A stretch of DNA of 64,000 bases from Microbotryum violaceum. Lineage: Eukaryota. The DNA is taken from the NCBI GenBank assembly GCA_001244265.2, contig CDLV01000004.1, positions 2,418,001 to 2,482,000 on the forward strand, written 5' to 3'. A program made the position numbers and the translations under genes. Positions 31,350 through 46,773 of the stretch are shown here, one piece after another. The notes below the pieces were generated by a model, which did not search any database, was not told where the DNA came from, and saw only the letters and a list, made by a program, of their open reading frames with translations. How positions within the stretch are numbered: the first letter of the stretch is position 1; every line of letters begins with the position of its first letter.

Positions 31350-34300
31350 TGTAATACACCCCGTTGGAGTGTACACCTGAGCGGCGACGACAAGGATCAC
31401 AGGACCAAAGTATGTAGAATTGACACTGGACACTCGTATCAGTCACTGGTATGACAATGCCTTCTGATCCACCTTGTGCTCACCTGGACACTCATATCAG
31501 TCACTGGTATGACAATGCCTTCTGATCCACCTTGTGCTCACCTGGACACTCGTATCAGTCACTGGAGAGAGACTAAGAGTGCCCAGGCGCGCGTCCCCTC
31601 TTCCTAAGGCCCAGGCGCATGGGCCTTACACTCTCCACCACCTAAACCAAACTCCCCTCCCTCCTTACACCCTCCCCTCCTTGCCTTGTCCTCCCCCTGC
31701 CTTCCCACTCTCCCACTCTTCCAACGCTGCGGTGTCTTCCAGGTGTGAGCATGGCTCCCATGTGTTGTCGCTGTCTGCCCACCCCTTCCATTTCACCAAG
31801 AACCTCTTCCTTGACCCCTTCCCCTTTTCGTCCACAATCCGTTCTACCTCCCACTCCTCGTTTCCTTGGACGATAATGGCCGCTGGTTCCGTTGCCTCTC
31901 GTCCTGGGAACACCACCCCATTGTTCTTTACCCAGCGTCGGAGCTTGGAGGCGTGGAAGACGTTGTGCGACTTGTCCCCCGCCTTGAGCTTCAGCTTGTA
32001 ATTTGAGGTTTCGGGTCGTGCTGCTAGGACTTCGTAGGGGCCGTCAAACCGGGGAAAGAGTTTGGCTGACCGTGCTTCCCCATCGGCCTTGTACCGCAGT
32101 CGTCGATCCCGCGAGTCGACTAAGACCATGTCGCCAACTGCAAACCCGGGCTCCGGTTTCCTCGCCTTGTTGCTCTGGTTGGCCTGTCGGATCTTTGCAA
32201 TTGCCAAATTGTCTCGGGCTTCCGCAACCGCTGCTTCACGTTGTTCCACGATGGATTTGACTGCCTGTGACGTGGTTGAGCCCTCCACTGGGGTGATTGG
32301 TGTCAGCTCCGGCGTGAACCCAAGTACCACTTCAAATGGCGTCTTCCCCGTCGACCTGTTCATACTGGAGTTGATCACAAACTCCACCGTAGCCAAGTGC
32401 TTTGACCAGTCATTTTGCCGTCGGTTGACCATTGTTCGCAGGACTTGGATCACGGTCCGATTTGTTCGCTCGCTTCGGCCATCCGTTTGTGGGTGGAAAG
32501 ACGTCGATGTTGCCAGTTTCGTTCCCAGCTGGCCCATGTACGCTCGCCAGAACTCGCTTGTGAAGAGCTTGTCGCGGTCGGAGACCAGCACTCGTGGCAT
32601 GCCGAAGTGTCGATGCCACCCCTCAAAGAACCGGTCCGCCGTGGTAGTCGCGTCGTCCGTCGTGCGGCAGGGGATGAGGCGAACGTAGCCTGAAAGGCGA
32701 TCTGTTACCGTAAGCAGTGCGTCATTACCATTGCTAGGTACAAGTGGCCCGACAAAGTCTAGGCCAACTTCCCGCATTGGCCGGTCAGGCACATTCAAAT
32801 TGTGGATCCGACCGGCAAAACCGGTGCCATGCATCTTCATTGTCTGACAAGCAGCACAGGACTCAACGTAATCTTTGCATGCATCCTTCATTCCCGACCA
32901 GATAAAGTTGCGGCGTAGGTGTTCATACGTCTTGTGTAGTCCAAAATGGCCTGCGGCATCATGCGCGTCATGTAGCGCGTCCTCCCGAAAGTTCCCCGTC
33001 TTTGGCAGGAGGATCCGTCCTTCGAACCGTGCGATTCCATTGTCGACTGAGTAGCCTGGTGTTGAGTCAATGTTCTTGATAGCTTGTTGACATTGCGGGT
33101 CCTTGCGGTAACCGTCCCTGAGTTTGCAAAGGAAGGCCGGATCGAGAGTTGCCTCCGCCAGCACGTTGACATTGTCGCTCGCCTGGCGCCCGGCTGTGGG
33201 TTCCTCCGGGAAAGAGTAACGACTCAATGCATCAGCCACTGTGTTCTCTGGACCTCGTACATATACAATCTCGAAGTCGTAATCGGCCAGTCGTTCGGTC
33301 CATCGAGCTTGTTGTCGTGAAAGGCTTGGTTGCTTCATGAAGCCCGCCAAGGAGTGGTGGTCTGTGAGGATCTTGAATCGAACACCCAAAAGGTCCGCCC
33401 GCCAGTGATGAAGGGCGTCCACAATTGCAAGCAATTCCATCTCGTGGGCTGCATAGTTGCCTTCCGCTGGGTTGTACTGTCGTGACCAATAGCCTGCCGG
33501 CATGGCCGTCTGCCATTGCTTTCCTTGACTGAGTGCCGCCCCGATTCCCCGATTGCTCGCGTCCGTCATCAGCCATAATGGGTCGCCCTTGTCGGAATGG
33601 TCAATGGGATGTAGAGAAGGAAGGTTGCCCACCAAGGACTTGATTGCCTCAAACGCCTTGTCGTGCTCTCCCGTCCAGCCTTCGTCGACATGCACCCCTT
33701 TCCGTGTCAGCGGGACTAAAACCGCCGTCAAATCCGCAAGCTTGTCGATGAACTTCCGCAGATACTGCACCAGACCTAGGAATCCCCGCAATTGCTTCAC
33801 CGTCCTTGGTCGCGGCCACTGTTGGATCCGCTCCACCTTGTCAGGATCGACCTTGATGCCTTCCCGAGTGATCTGGTGGCCGAGGAAAAAGCACTCGGCA
33901 GCAAACAGTTCCGTCTTCTTCGGTGATACGTACAGATCCGCCCGTCTCAGCGCCTCCAGGACTAGTCGCACCCGTCGTTCATGTTCCTCCAAGGTGTCGG
34001 CAAAGATTGTGATGTCATCGAGGTACACGAAACACACGCTCCCGATAAGGTCTCCGAGTGCCTCGTTGACTCGGCGCTGATGCGTTGCCGGGGCGTTGCA
34101 GAGTCCCATTGACATTACCGTCCACTCGTACAATCCCCACGGTGTCACAATCGCCGTCTTCCGGATGTCTTCCTCGGCCATCTTGGTTTGGAAGAAGGAG
34201 TTTGTCATGTCGATCTTCCCCCAGAATCGCGTGTTTGAGCAGACCGACAGAATCTCGTCCGGAAGTGGTAGAGGTGTGCGATCTCGGACCGTCCCTTCGT

Positions 34301-35292
34301 TGAGTACTCGGTAGTCACAGACCATGCGTGGTTGGATTGACGGGTCCTTATCCATACCTTTCTTTGGGATGACAAACGCCGGGGACGCGAACTCTGATGA
34401 CGACTTTCGAAGGCGGCCATTGGCGACGTGCTGATCAATCAGGCGCTTCCAGGCTTCCCGGTAACGGTGTGCGGCTCGATAACCCTTCAAGTTCGGTTTT
34501 GTTGCTCCGTCCTTCAGCTCGATTCGGTGTCGGACCGGTGATTCATACGTCGAAACCGGAGGAATATCCCCCGGGAACCGATCCGCAAACTCAACCCGTA
34601 GCTTTGCCTCCCGCCGTCGCAACTCCGTCAACTCCGTTTCCCTTTGCTGGACCCCGTCGATGTAGGCAATCACTGCACGCCAGTTGATCCGAGCTTTATC
34701 GCTTCGTTTGGCATTCCTCGCCGCGGCTCGCTGGGGGTGGGGTCCGAAGACCGGCGCAAGAAGGTCGATCTTTACGTCAGGCATGGTCGGATGTGGCACC
34801 AGGATCTTGTGTGCCGCGAAGTCGATGGTAACCTTGTGTTTTACAAGGAAGTCGAACCCCAGTACCACTTCCAAGGGCTCCTGCAGTTTAGCCACCTTCA
34901 GAATCGTGTGTCCCGCTTCCCATGCGCCATTCTCGAGCGTGATCGGAATCTTTACAAACGAGGTAACATGAAACGCGCGTGCTTGGCCTTTGATTGCAGT
35001 TTTGACCAATGTAGGAACAGGGAGACGATGCATGACTAACCCCAGTTTCTCAACCACCTTATCTGCGATAAAGGAGGAAGAGGCCCCAGAGTCAGCAAGT
35101 GCCTGCAACGTCTTTGACTTCGTGTTGTTGTGCAGAGTGATGGGAATGGTGGAGATGAACTGAGGGGCGTACTCGTTTTCTTCGTCCGTTGAGATGTGGT
35201 CTTCTGAGTTTTCCGCAATTTGATGGAGGGTGTCGTTCTTAGCCGCTTTCGCCGTCTTCTTTTCGAATTCGGCCCACCCCTCCGGGACATCC
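31350..35292 (-). mobile_element. Ty3/gypsy chromovirus family A copy 3: 3' LTR (31350-31630) and intact pol; 5' end cut by a copia
   Basis: Near-identical to copy 2; LTR carries an extra 58-bp tandem unit. Confidence 0.95.
31665..35108 (-). CDS. pol: Gypsy Pol polyprotein (PR-RT-RNase H-IN-chromodomain), open frame
   Basis: 1147-aa ORF with LADSGAS, YLDD, TDAS, HHCC/DDE integrase, GPY and chromodomain; the frame continues upstream to the copia junction. Confidence 0.92.
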   Translation of the reverse strand: MQALADSGASSSFIADKVVEKLGLVMHRLPVPTLVKTAIKGQARAFHVTSFVKIPITLENGAWEAGHTILKVAKLQEPLEVVLGFDFLVKHKVTIDFAAHKILVPHPTMPDVKIDLLAPVFGPHPQRAAARNAKRSDKARINWRAVIAYIDGVQQRETELTELRRREAKLRVEFADRFPGDIPPVSTYESPVRHRIELKDGATKPNLKGYRAAHRYREAWKRLIDQHVANGRLRKSSSEFASPAFVIPKKGMDKDPSIQPRMVCDYRVLNEGTVRDRTPLPLPDEILSVCSNTRFWGKIDMTNSFFQTKMAEEDIRKTAIVTPWGLYEWTVMSMGLCNAPATHQRRVNEALGDLIGSVCFVYLDDITIFADTLEEHERRVRLVLEALRRADLYVSPKKTELFAAECFFLGHQITREGIKVDPDKVERIQQWPRPRTVKQLRGFLGLVQYLRKFIDKLADLTAVLVPLTRKGVHVDEGWTGEHDKAFEAIKSLVGNLPSLHPIDHSDKGDPLWLMTDASNRGIGAALSQGKQWQTAMPAGYWSRQYNPAEGNYAAHEMELLAIVDALHHWRADLLGVRFKILTDHHSLAGFMKQPSLSRQQARWTERLADYDFEIVYVRGPENTVADALSRYSFPEEPTAGRQASDNVNVLAEATLDPAFLCKLRDGYRKDPQCQQAIKNIDSTPGYSVDNGIARFEGRILLPKTGNFREDALHDAHDAAGHFGLHKTYEHLRRNFIWSGMKDACKDYVESCAACQTMKMHGTGFAGRIHNLNVPDRPMREVGLDFVGPLVPSNGNDALLTVTDRLSGYVRLIPCRTTDDATTTADRFFEGWHRHFGMPRVLVSDRDKLFTSEFWRAYMGQLGTKLATSTSFHPQTDGRSERTNRTVIQVLRTMVNRRQNDWSKHLATVEFVINSSMNRSTGKTPFEVVLGFTPELTPITPVEGSTTSQAVKSIVEQREAAVAEARDNLAIAKIRQANQSNKARKPEPGFAVGDMVLVDSRDRRLRYKADGEARSAKLFPRFDGPYEVLAARPETSNYKLKLKAGDKSHNVFHASKLRRWVKNNGVVFPGREATEPAAIIVQGNEEWEVERIVDEKGKGSRKRFLVKWKGWADSDNTWEPCSHLEDTAALEEWESGKAGGGQGKEGRV

Positions 35293-39963
<4,671 letters not shown>

Positions 39964-42913
39964 GACCATGATAGCCAAAATGATGGGAAGTATATTTTCC
40001 GGAGGTTGAGGTCAACGACAAGGACCAGCAGGAAGGATGTTGGAAGGATCAACATTCTCGAATTGGCCAGGATTTGGACCAGTGCAAACGATGGTGTAAC
40101 CTTCACGAGGAGCAAGAGCGACTTCCGCCTCACCGTCGAGTGGTTCTTCTGCGTCATGATAGTTATCAGGTCCATTGTTGTTGTCATTGTCGTCATCCTT
40201 ACAAGGAACGACTGCAAGATACTCCCCCTGTTGACCAACTCCAATTGGAACCACCGGAGAAGGCTGTGGATCCGGCAAAGTTGGATCCACAACAGGTGAA
40301 GTTGGTGTAGACGGCAATACATCTGACGGAGGATGAGGAGGTTGAGAATGATGAACGGGATCAGAAGCGTCCGCACAATCTTGAGACAAAGTGACAACGG
40401 AAGGAGTCTCAAGGAATGTGACGTGACGCGAAACGTAGACCTGTTTCGACGATTGGACCCAGACAGGGTAGTTGTATTCACCGGAGTACCCGATGAAAAC
40501 TCCCTGAATGGAGCGAGGTGCAAGCTTGGAGCGACGCTCCTTGGGAACGTGGACAAACGCCGTAGATCCAAATGGCTGAAGATGAGCAAGACTAGGCTTC
40601 TTGCCGAGAAGAACTTCGATTGCCGTTTTTCCTTGAATACGAGGATGTGGTTGACAATTGAGAACAAATGTCGCGACGGCCAGAGCATCTGACCAGAATC
40701 GCATGGGAAGACCGGAGTCGAGGAGCATTGATCGAACGAGACCCATGAGAGATCCATTGAGTCGCTCTACTTGACCATTTTGCTCCGGAGTATAGGGGGC
40801 CGTGAATTCCACGATGATGCCCTGCTTTTCAAGAAGAGCCCGGAACAATGAGTTGTCAAATTCACGACCATTGTCCGATCTGACCCTCTTGATTTTCTGA
40901 CCCGTTTGACGCTCGGACTCGGCTTGAAATTTCGACCATGCTTCAATAATTGTCTCAGCCCTCTTGTCCTTTAGCACGATCGTCCATTTAGCCGTCAAAT
41001 ACTGATCCACGATAGCGAGATAGATAGTATCGCCATGGTGATTGGGATGTTCGACAAACCCGAGATCGATGAAGACGCGGTAGAGTGCATGAGGCGCTTC
41101 GGTACTCTTGTTGGAGAAGGGTGATCGCTTTGAATTGACCTGGATGCACGAGAAGCAAGGAGTAACCTTTTCGTCCTTCAGAGTGATGCCGTGATAGCCC
41201 CGGATTTGACGGCCAAAACGATCGCCGCAGGAGATTGATGGCCCAACTTCCGATGTGCTTCCATCAACGTACAGGTTCCAGTGAGACGATTAGCTCCGAC
41301 CATTGAAGGCGGTGAGGATGACATGATAGGCTGAACGGGAGCTGCATCCATGACAAACCCCCAACCAGGAAGCGAGCGCAGAATCGACTTGCCGCGGATG
41401 CTGAAAATGAGATTGCTTTGGGGACCAACAGCGTACGTCATCGATTCCAACAGACGGTCGATGGAGATAAAACCGCATTGAGCACCGGGCATGTAGTAGA
41501 CCCTCTTAATGGTGATACGAGCGCCATATGAGGTAAGAAACGTCACTGAGCCATGACCGGGAGATTCGATTTGAGATTGATCGGCGACAGAAATTTTGAG
41601 AGGCTCAGAGACAACATCCGATAGGACCGACTTGTCTCCAACGCAATGGACCTTAGCACCCGAGTCAATGATCCATGGAAAACGTGGCATCGTTCGCGAA
41701 TAGGGGAAAGTGTAGGTCATCAATGCAGATTCATCTACACCAATGGCAGCTACGTTCGAATTTGAGTCCGAGGAAGCGGGAGCGCTCGCATCCTTGTTCC
41801 TGCTTGGACAGAGACGCCAACCACGCTCGTGTCCCAGTGCTTTGCAGCGCGAACAATACGACTTGGAGTAGTCCTTTTGCGCCGTGGTGGAAATACGGGC
41901 GACGAGGCTAGTATCGTCAACGATCCGAGCGGATAACGATTCCTTTTGTTTGTTTCGGGAATCAGCCATTTCGACGTTCATCAGGAGTTTCGGATAGAAC
42001 GTGTTCCAATCCATGTGGATGTCGATGTCGGAGGCAAGGTTCCCAACGATCGAGTCATACTGGGCTGGGAGCGACCAAACGAGCATGCCTGCAAACAGCC
42101 AATGCGGAAGCGGAGCTCCGAGGTTCTGAAAATCGGTCATGGCGATCTTGACCTTGTTGACGAATTCCTTAAAAGGAATATCCCCAGAGTAAGGTTGCGC
42201 TAGAGTGTGAAGGAGGTCCATAGTGCGACTCGGGCGACCGTGAGAGTGGAGACCACGGAGGGTGTCCCACATCTCGTACGCCGAGGTAAGATGAATCAAG
42301 TGAGACATCTGTTCCTCAGAGATCGAATTGGCGATGTACTTGCATGCCAAATCGTTGCGGCGGATAGCCCGTTCGCGATATTCCGCGACCTTGTCCGCAA
42401 CTTGAACACTGGTGAGCCTGGGCGACGCGTCCGAGTGCGCAGAACCAGAGCCCGCCCCCCCCCCCCCCAAGCCCGCTAAAGCCGGAGGAGGCTGGTTCAA
42501 CTGGCGTGACGGACGCAGTTGCATGTGCGATAACGAGCGTGGACCAATAGTCCGCGACAAGGGAGTCGATGGATTGATTGACGACATCCCATACTTTGTC
42601 GGCTCGAAGATTGATAAACGCACGTTGTGATTAGCTCTTGTACCCCTGTGTGTCCTTGAGAATACAAGCGATTGCCCGACCCGTTGGGGAAGTCGGATTC
42701 GCCCGTTGAGCTCATAACCTGTTGCAACAAGGACTAAGAGGTACTCCACGACTCAGCTCCGAGATACACGAGTGAGATGCTGAGAATAGCGTGGAGAAGG
42801 AACCCAGAAGGAAAAAAAAGACGCAAAGACAAAGATAGGCGCGCGCGCACAATAAAGTATTAACCAAGACTAATAGCAATGAGTTAGGCTCTCAGACCCC
42901 ACTTCTAACAACA
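39964..42913 (-). mobile_element. Ty1/copia 5' half (another family): LTR ~42720-42913, PBS, gag, protease, integrase; truncated before RT
   Basis: PBS GGTTATGAG at 42719-42711; CSRCKALGH, WIIDSGA, HRKLGH, RSDNGREF, QNGQVERLN; frameshift near 41180. Confidence 0.9.
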
Positions 42914-43302
42914 ACTACAGCAACACCAATCCTCACCGCCCCCGCCCCCCTCTGGCAACGTTCCCAAACCTGAACCTGCAGATGTCAGCACCGATGCGCA
43001 CCAAATTTTAGTCTTTAACTTAGCAGAACCTTCAAGCTTGTCACGTACTGCAGTTCGGTGAGTGGCGGTGGCGACCGGCTCGTGGGATCGTGGTCGTCAA
43101 CGCGTCAACGCCTGATTAAGGCTGACATTCATTTTACTTTTGTGCACTGGCGTACATTTCCACCATGTGCGATATGGGCCGCATACAAAAAGCAAAGTCC
43201 TTCAATAACAAATAATCTACAGTCAACAAATGCGCCAAACCATCCCTAGCTAGCCCATGGGCTCGTCGAGAATCTCGAGGTCGTCCGAGTCTTCAACGCT
43301 TG

Positions 43303-43990
43303 TCAGCCCGACTCTCCGTCGCCCTCCCCGAGCTCAGCATCATCTTCTTCCTCGACCTCGTGCTCCGATCGTGAACCCAAAACTTCTTCCACTCGTCTTT
43401 CATACACATCATCGCGGTCTCGCTCGGCATGCTCCGCGGCTGGATCGGGGGTCAGGCCAAGTTCCCTTCGGAATGCGTCGAGGTCGATGGTTGTGTGGCG
43501 CACGTCCACGGCAGAAGGACCTGATGAGCGGCGACTCGACTCAGTGACGAGGCTCTGTATTTAAGTATTAGTCAGCGTCGAAAGGCGGCGACCGAAATGA
43601 CGTGGACTACCGCGCGACCGGCGCAACACCTGTTTCGCCCGTCCGGCGAAAACTCCTCCGATCAAACCGAATGCCGTGGGCCGCGATTCATGAACTGCGG
43701 GTAAACGGGTAAACGCATTCTGAACCAGACAACCGAGAGATCATCGCATTCGGCGAGCCGATCCAGACGCTCTTTGAACAAAATCTGCCGGCGTTGAAGC
43801 ACATACCACACCGCAGTGCCAACCTTGCCCCCGGGTGGAAGCGGCAAACGCTGACGCGTTGCTGGGAGCAGACAGGAAAGGCAACACATCGTATGGTCGG
43901 TAGGCTTCGATTCAAGATATACGACAGAAAGCGTGAGGGAACAGAAAGTAGTAAGACCAGGACCGTGATCGATAGCGGCGCGTCAAGCGG
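43303..43990 (-). pseudogene. Degenerate ORF with Zn(II)2Cys6-like cysteine cluster and acidic tail
   Basis: CLSC (one frame), then SQQRVSVC..RCGMCFNAGRFC (adjacent frame; CxxC-x6-C); acidic tail at 43303-43509. Confidence 0.35.
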
Positions 43991-46136
43991 CAATGCTGTT
44001 GCTCGCTCGCGCTCAGGCTCGCTACGCGGGGTCTACCAGCGTGGTGAGACGGCACGTGACTTAACCACGTCCATCAATGCTACCTTATCCCCACCGCTAA
44101 TGAGGTAATGATGTAATGATGTTCTAATCGAGCTTCTTCTCGCTACTAATCTAAAGAAGAAATTGACGATGAGTTTTCCGAATATGCTTTATACACAATG
44201 GCAGCATTTATAAGATTGGATTACCCCGATACGAGCTCGCACGTACATGAGATGAACGTGTTGAAGGCCACACCAGCCTCCGTGTTGCGCTAGTCCTCGC
44301 GCCATCCAGCAACCCGGGTTACAGGCGGGCAACATGTATGGCTACGCCGCGCGGAAGCGAGGGTCGGAGGCGCGCTGCGCGCGCCACTTTTTAGCGTGCT
44401 TATATATATAGCCAGAGGTGGACGCGTCACGACTCCGGAGACGCTGGAGAGGGCCGCGACGCGTCGCGCTCGCGCATACCGTCCATTCTTTTGCTTTGCT
44501 CAATCGCCCCCTACTACGTATACGAAGTAACGAACTAGAAACAAGCATCCGTCACCTTGCGACAGTCTGAAACGAACGCCCACTTCGAAATACCGGATCA
44601 GTCATAGTCTTGCTGCTCCTGTCATGATGAGTCAATCCCATCAACTACCTTCCAAATCGCAGCCAACGTTTGGCGCTCCGGCGATGAACAGCAGTATGTT
44701 TGCCGCCGATCGACACGGGTGCTCTGCCTGGACTACCGGCTCACGATCACATCTGACACATAGGTTCATAAGCTGCCTCTAGGTACGAGTCGTGCACCTT
44801 GCCTTGGACTCCCTATCAGTCCGCATATAACGACTATTCGGGACCGTGGGTGGCCGTCGCGTCGATCGCGTATAGCATCGGTCTGTTCTGACGCTACACC
44901 GTCGTGCACCCGATCCAGCGTCCACTTCCGCTGGCGTAACGGCCATCTCGAATCCTGCGTCGTACAACTATCCATCGTCTCCGGGATCTGCTTTGTCCAA
45001 TCAACCAGTTTACCGTCCCACGTTCCCCGATCCTGGACGCATCGATGGCCCATATCTAGCTCCGCCAACAAGCAACAATCTCGCAAGCATCGCAAGTATG
45101 GTCGAACAAGGAGGAAACAATTCCGACAGCACGGGTATTGTCTTTGACGCGGCAGGTTTGCCAAATACTACTTAGCCTTCCGCTCACAATCGCCAAACGT
45201 CGCGGGCCGCACAAGTTTCCCAAAACGAGGAGGCAGGCCGCGCATCGCTGAACCACCCGCGAGCGTCCCCGCAGTCAATGTCTGCAGAGGACGGTGCCGG
45301 CGGTTCGATGGTCCATCAGTCGTTCCTTTCCACAGCACCTTACCAGTTCGCTCCGACCGGAATACCGTCCAATGCTGCACCGAAAAAGCTCCCGGCTTCG
45401 ACGACCGAGCGGAGGACAGTAAGTTGGACGCCGGCGAAGAGGCTGTTGCCGGAGGAGCTATACGAGCAGGCGTACTCCGCTGATACGCGCAACCCCAACA
45501 AGACGGAACGAGAACAACATAAGGCGTGGGCTGTGCAGAGGTTGTACGAAGAATTCGAATACTGCATCGAGAATAAGACTCGGCCGGACGACTTGAGACA
45601 GGTCACTTCGCCCGTTAGCCGGCTGTCGGCGAGCAACCCATGGAACGACTTTCAGAAAAGTCGATTCTTTGCAGCGCTTCTGATCAACGACGGGCATACC
45701 GGTAAGCCAGCGCTTCAACTTCGGCCTTCTCGTCTATCCTGACTAATCAACGCTGAGCAATGCATTCTATAAGTACATTCAGTTCCAACCAAATTGATGC
45801 AAAGGAAGGACCTAGCGCGCGTGTATTGGAACAGAATCTGCAGCAGTGAGGTTGAGAAGGCGGAGTGTCTCGCGGCTCTTGCATTGGAGCAGGCCGAGGA
45901 CGATGCGGCCGCGCACCTTTCATCGGATCCACCGCTTCGAGCGGCCCACCTTGCATCGGCTCCGCAGCCTCGAAGCAGAACGAACCTGGCCATGATCAAA
46001 AAGGCGAGGCAGGGACTGCAAGCATCCTTGACATCCTTGGTGAGAGTCCTTCTGAGTCCAAGCTTCAGATCGGAGGCCCAGAGTAAAAACTTAAGGGAAA
46101 GGGATAGTGTGTCAAGTCTATTAAAAATCTAATATC

Positions 46137-46160
46137 ATGCTACAAGCTGCAAAATACATT
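46137..46160 (+). pseudogene. atp9: Mitochondrial atp9 N-terminal fragment (MLQAAKYI)
   Basis: ATGCTACAAGCTGCAAAATACATT matches the fungal ATP9 start; only 8 codons. Confidence 0.6.
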
Positions 46161-46539
46161 TATTATACTCCTTTATTTTTCCAAAATAAAGGCCAAATAA
46201 AAAAGGGCGCTTGCTGTTTTTGTCCTTTTACAAGCGCTTGATACCATCAAAAAAGGGCGAGAAAAAGCTAGGATTAAGAATAAACATAAATAAGTATATT
46301 TATTTAACTCCAGCCAAAGAAGCGCCCGACAAAGAAAATAAAAATAAAAATAAAAATAAAAAAATAAAAAAGTAGAAAAAAGTAGACAAAAACGCCAAAG
46401 TAAAAGGATAAATAAAAGAGACTGTAGTCATTATTCCCCTTTCCCCCTTTCGTCGCCCATTTTTATTTCGAAATAAAAAAGGGCGCATAAATATTTTTTT
46501 ATGCTAAGTTATTCATGTATTTTGTTTAACTACTTTTTT

Positions 46540-46623
46540 GCTTCCAGTAACTCCTAATTTACGTCCAAATAGTCCAGATGAAATTGAACCTAATAAAGGT
46601 AAAGCTAAAATACTTAAATACAT
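46540..46623 (-). pseudogene. nad5: Mitochondrial nad5 N-terminal fragment
   Basis: MYLSILALPLLGSISSGLFGRKLGVTGS; ATG directly follows the nad4L TAA, as in fungal mtDNA. Confidence 0.9.
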
Positions 46624-46773
46624 TTAACGTAAACTAATTGAACCTCGAAGTCTGTAAAATGCAACTAAAATACCAAGACCGATAGCAGATTCTGCTGAGC
46701 TAATAATAACTAGTAGTGTCACCGCTAATAACATCATCTCAATACTAATTAGCATAAGAATAATATTCTTACG
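46624..46773 (-). pseudogene. nad4L: Mitochondrial nad4L fragment with an internal in-frame deletion
   Basis: RKNIILMLISIEMMLLAVTLLVIISS/AESAIGLGILVAFYRLRGSISLR*; the usual 'FDD..GQ..IIAIAG' segment is missing. Confidence 0.92.

Noticed and set aside
46540-46773. Functional nuclear-relocated nad4L/nad5
   Set aside because: Both are truncated, nad4L has an internal deletion, and there is no targeting sequence; treated as a NUMT.
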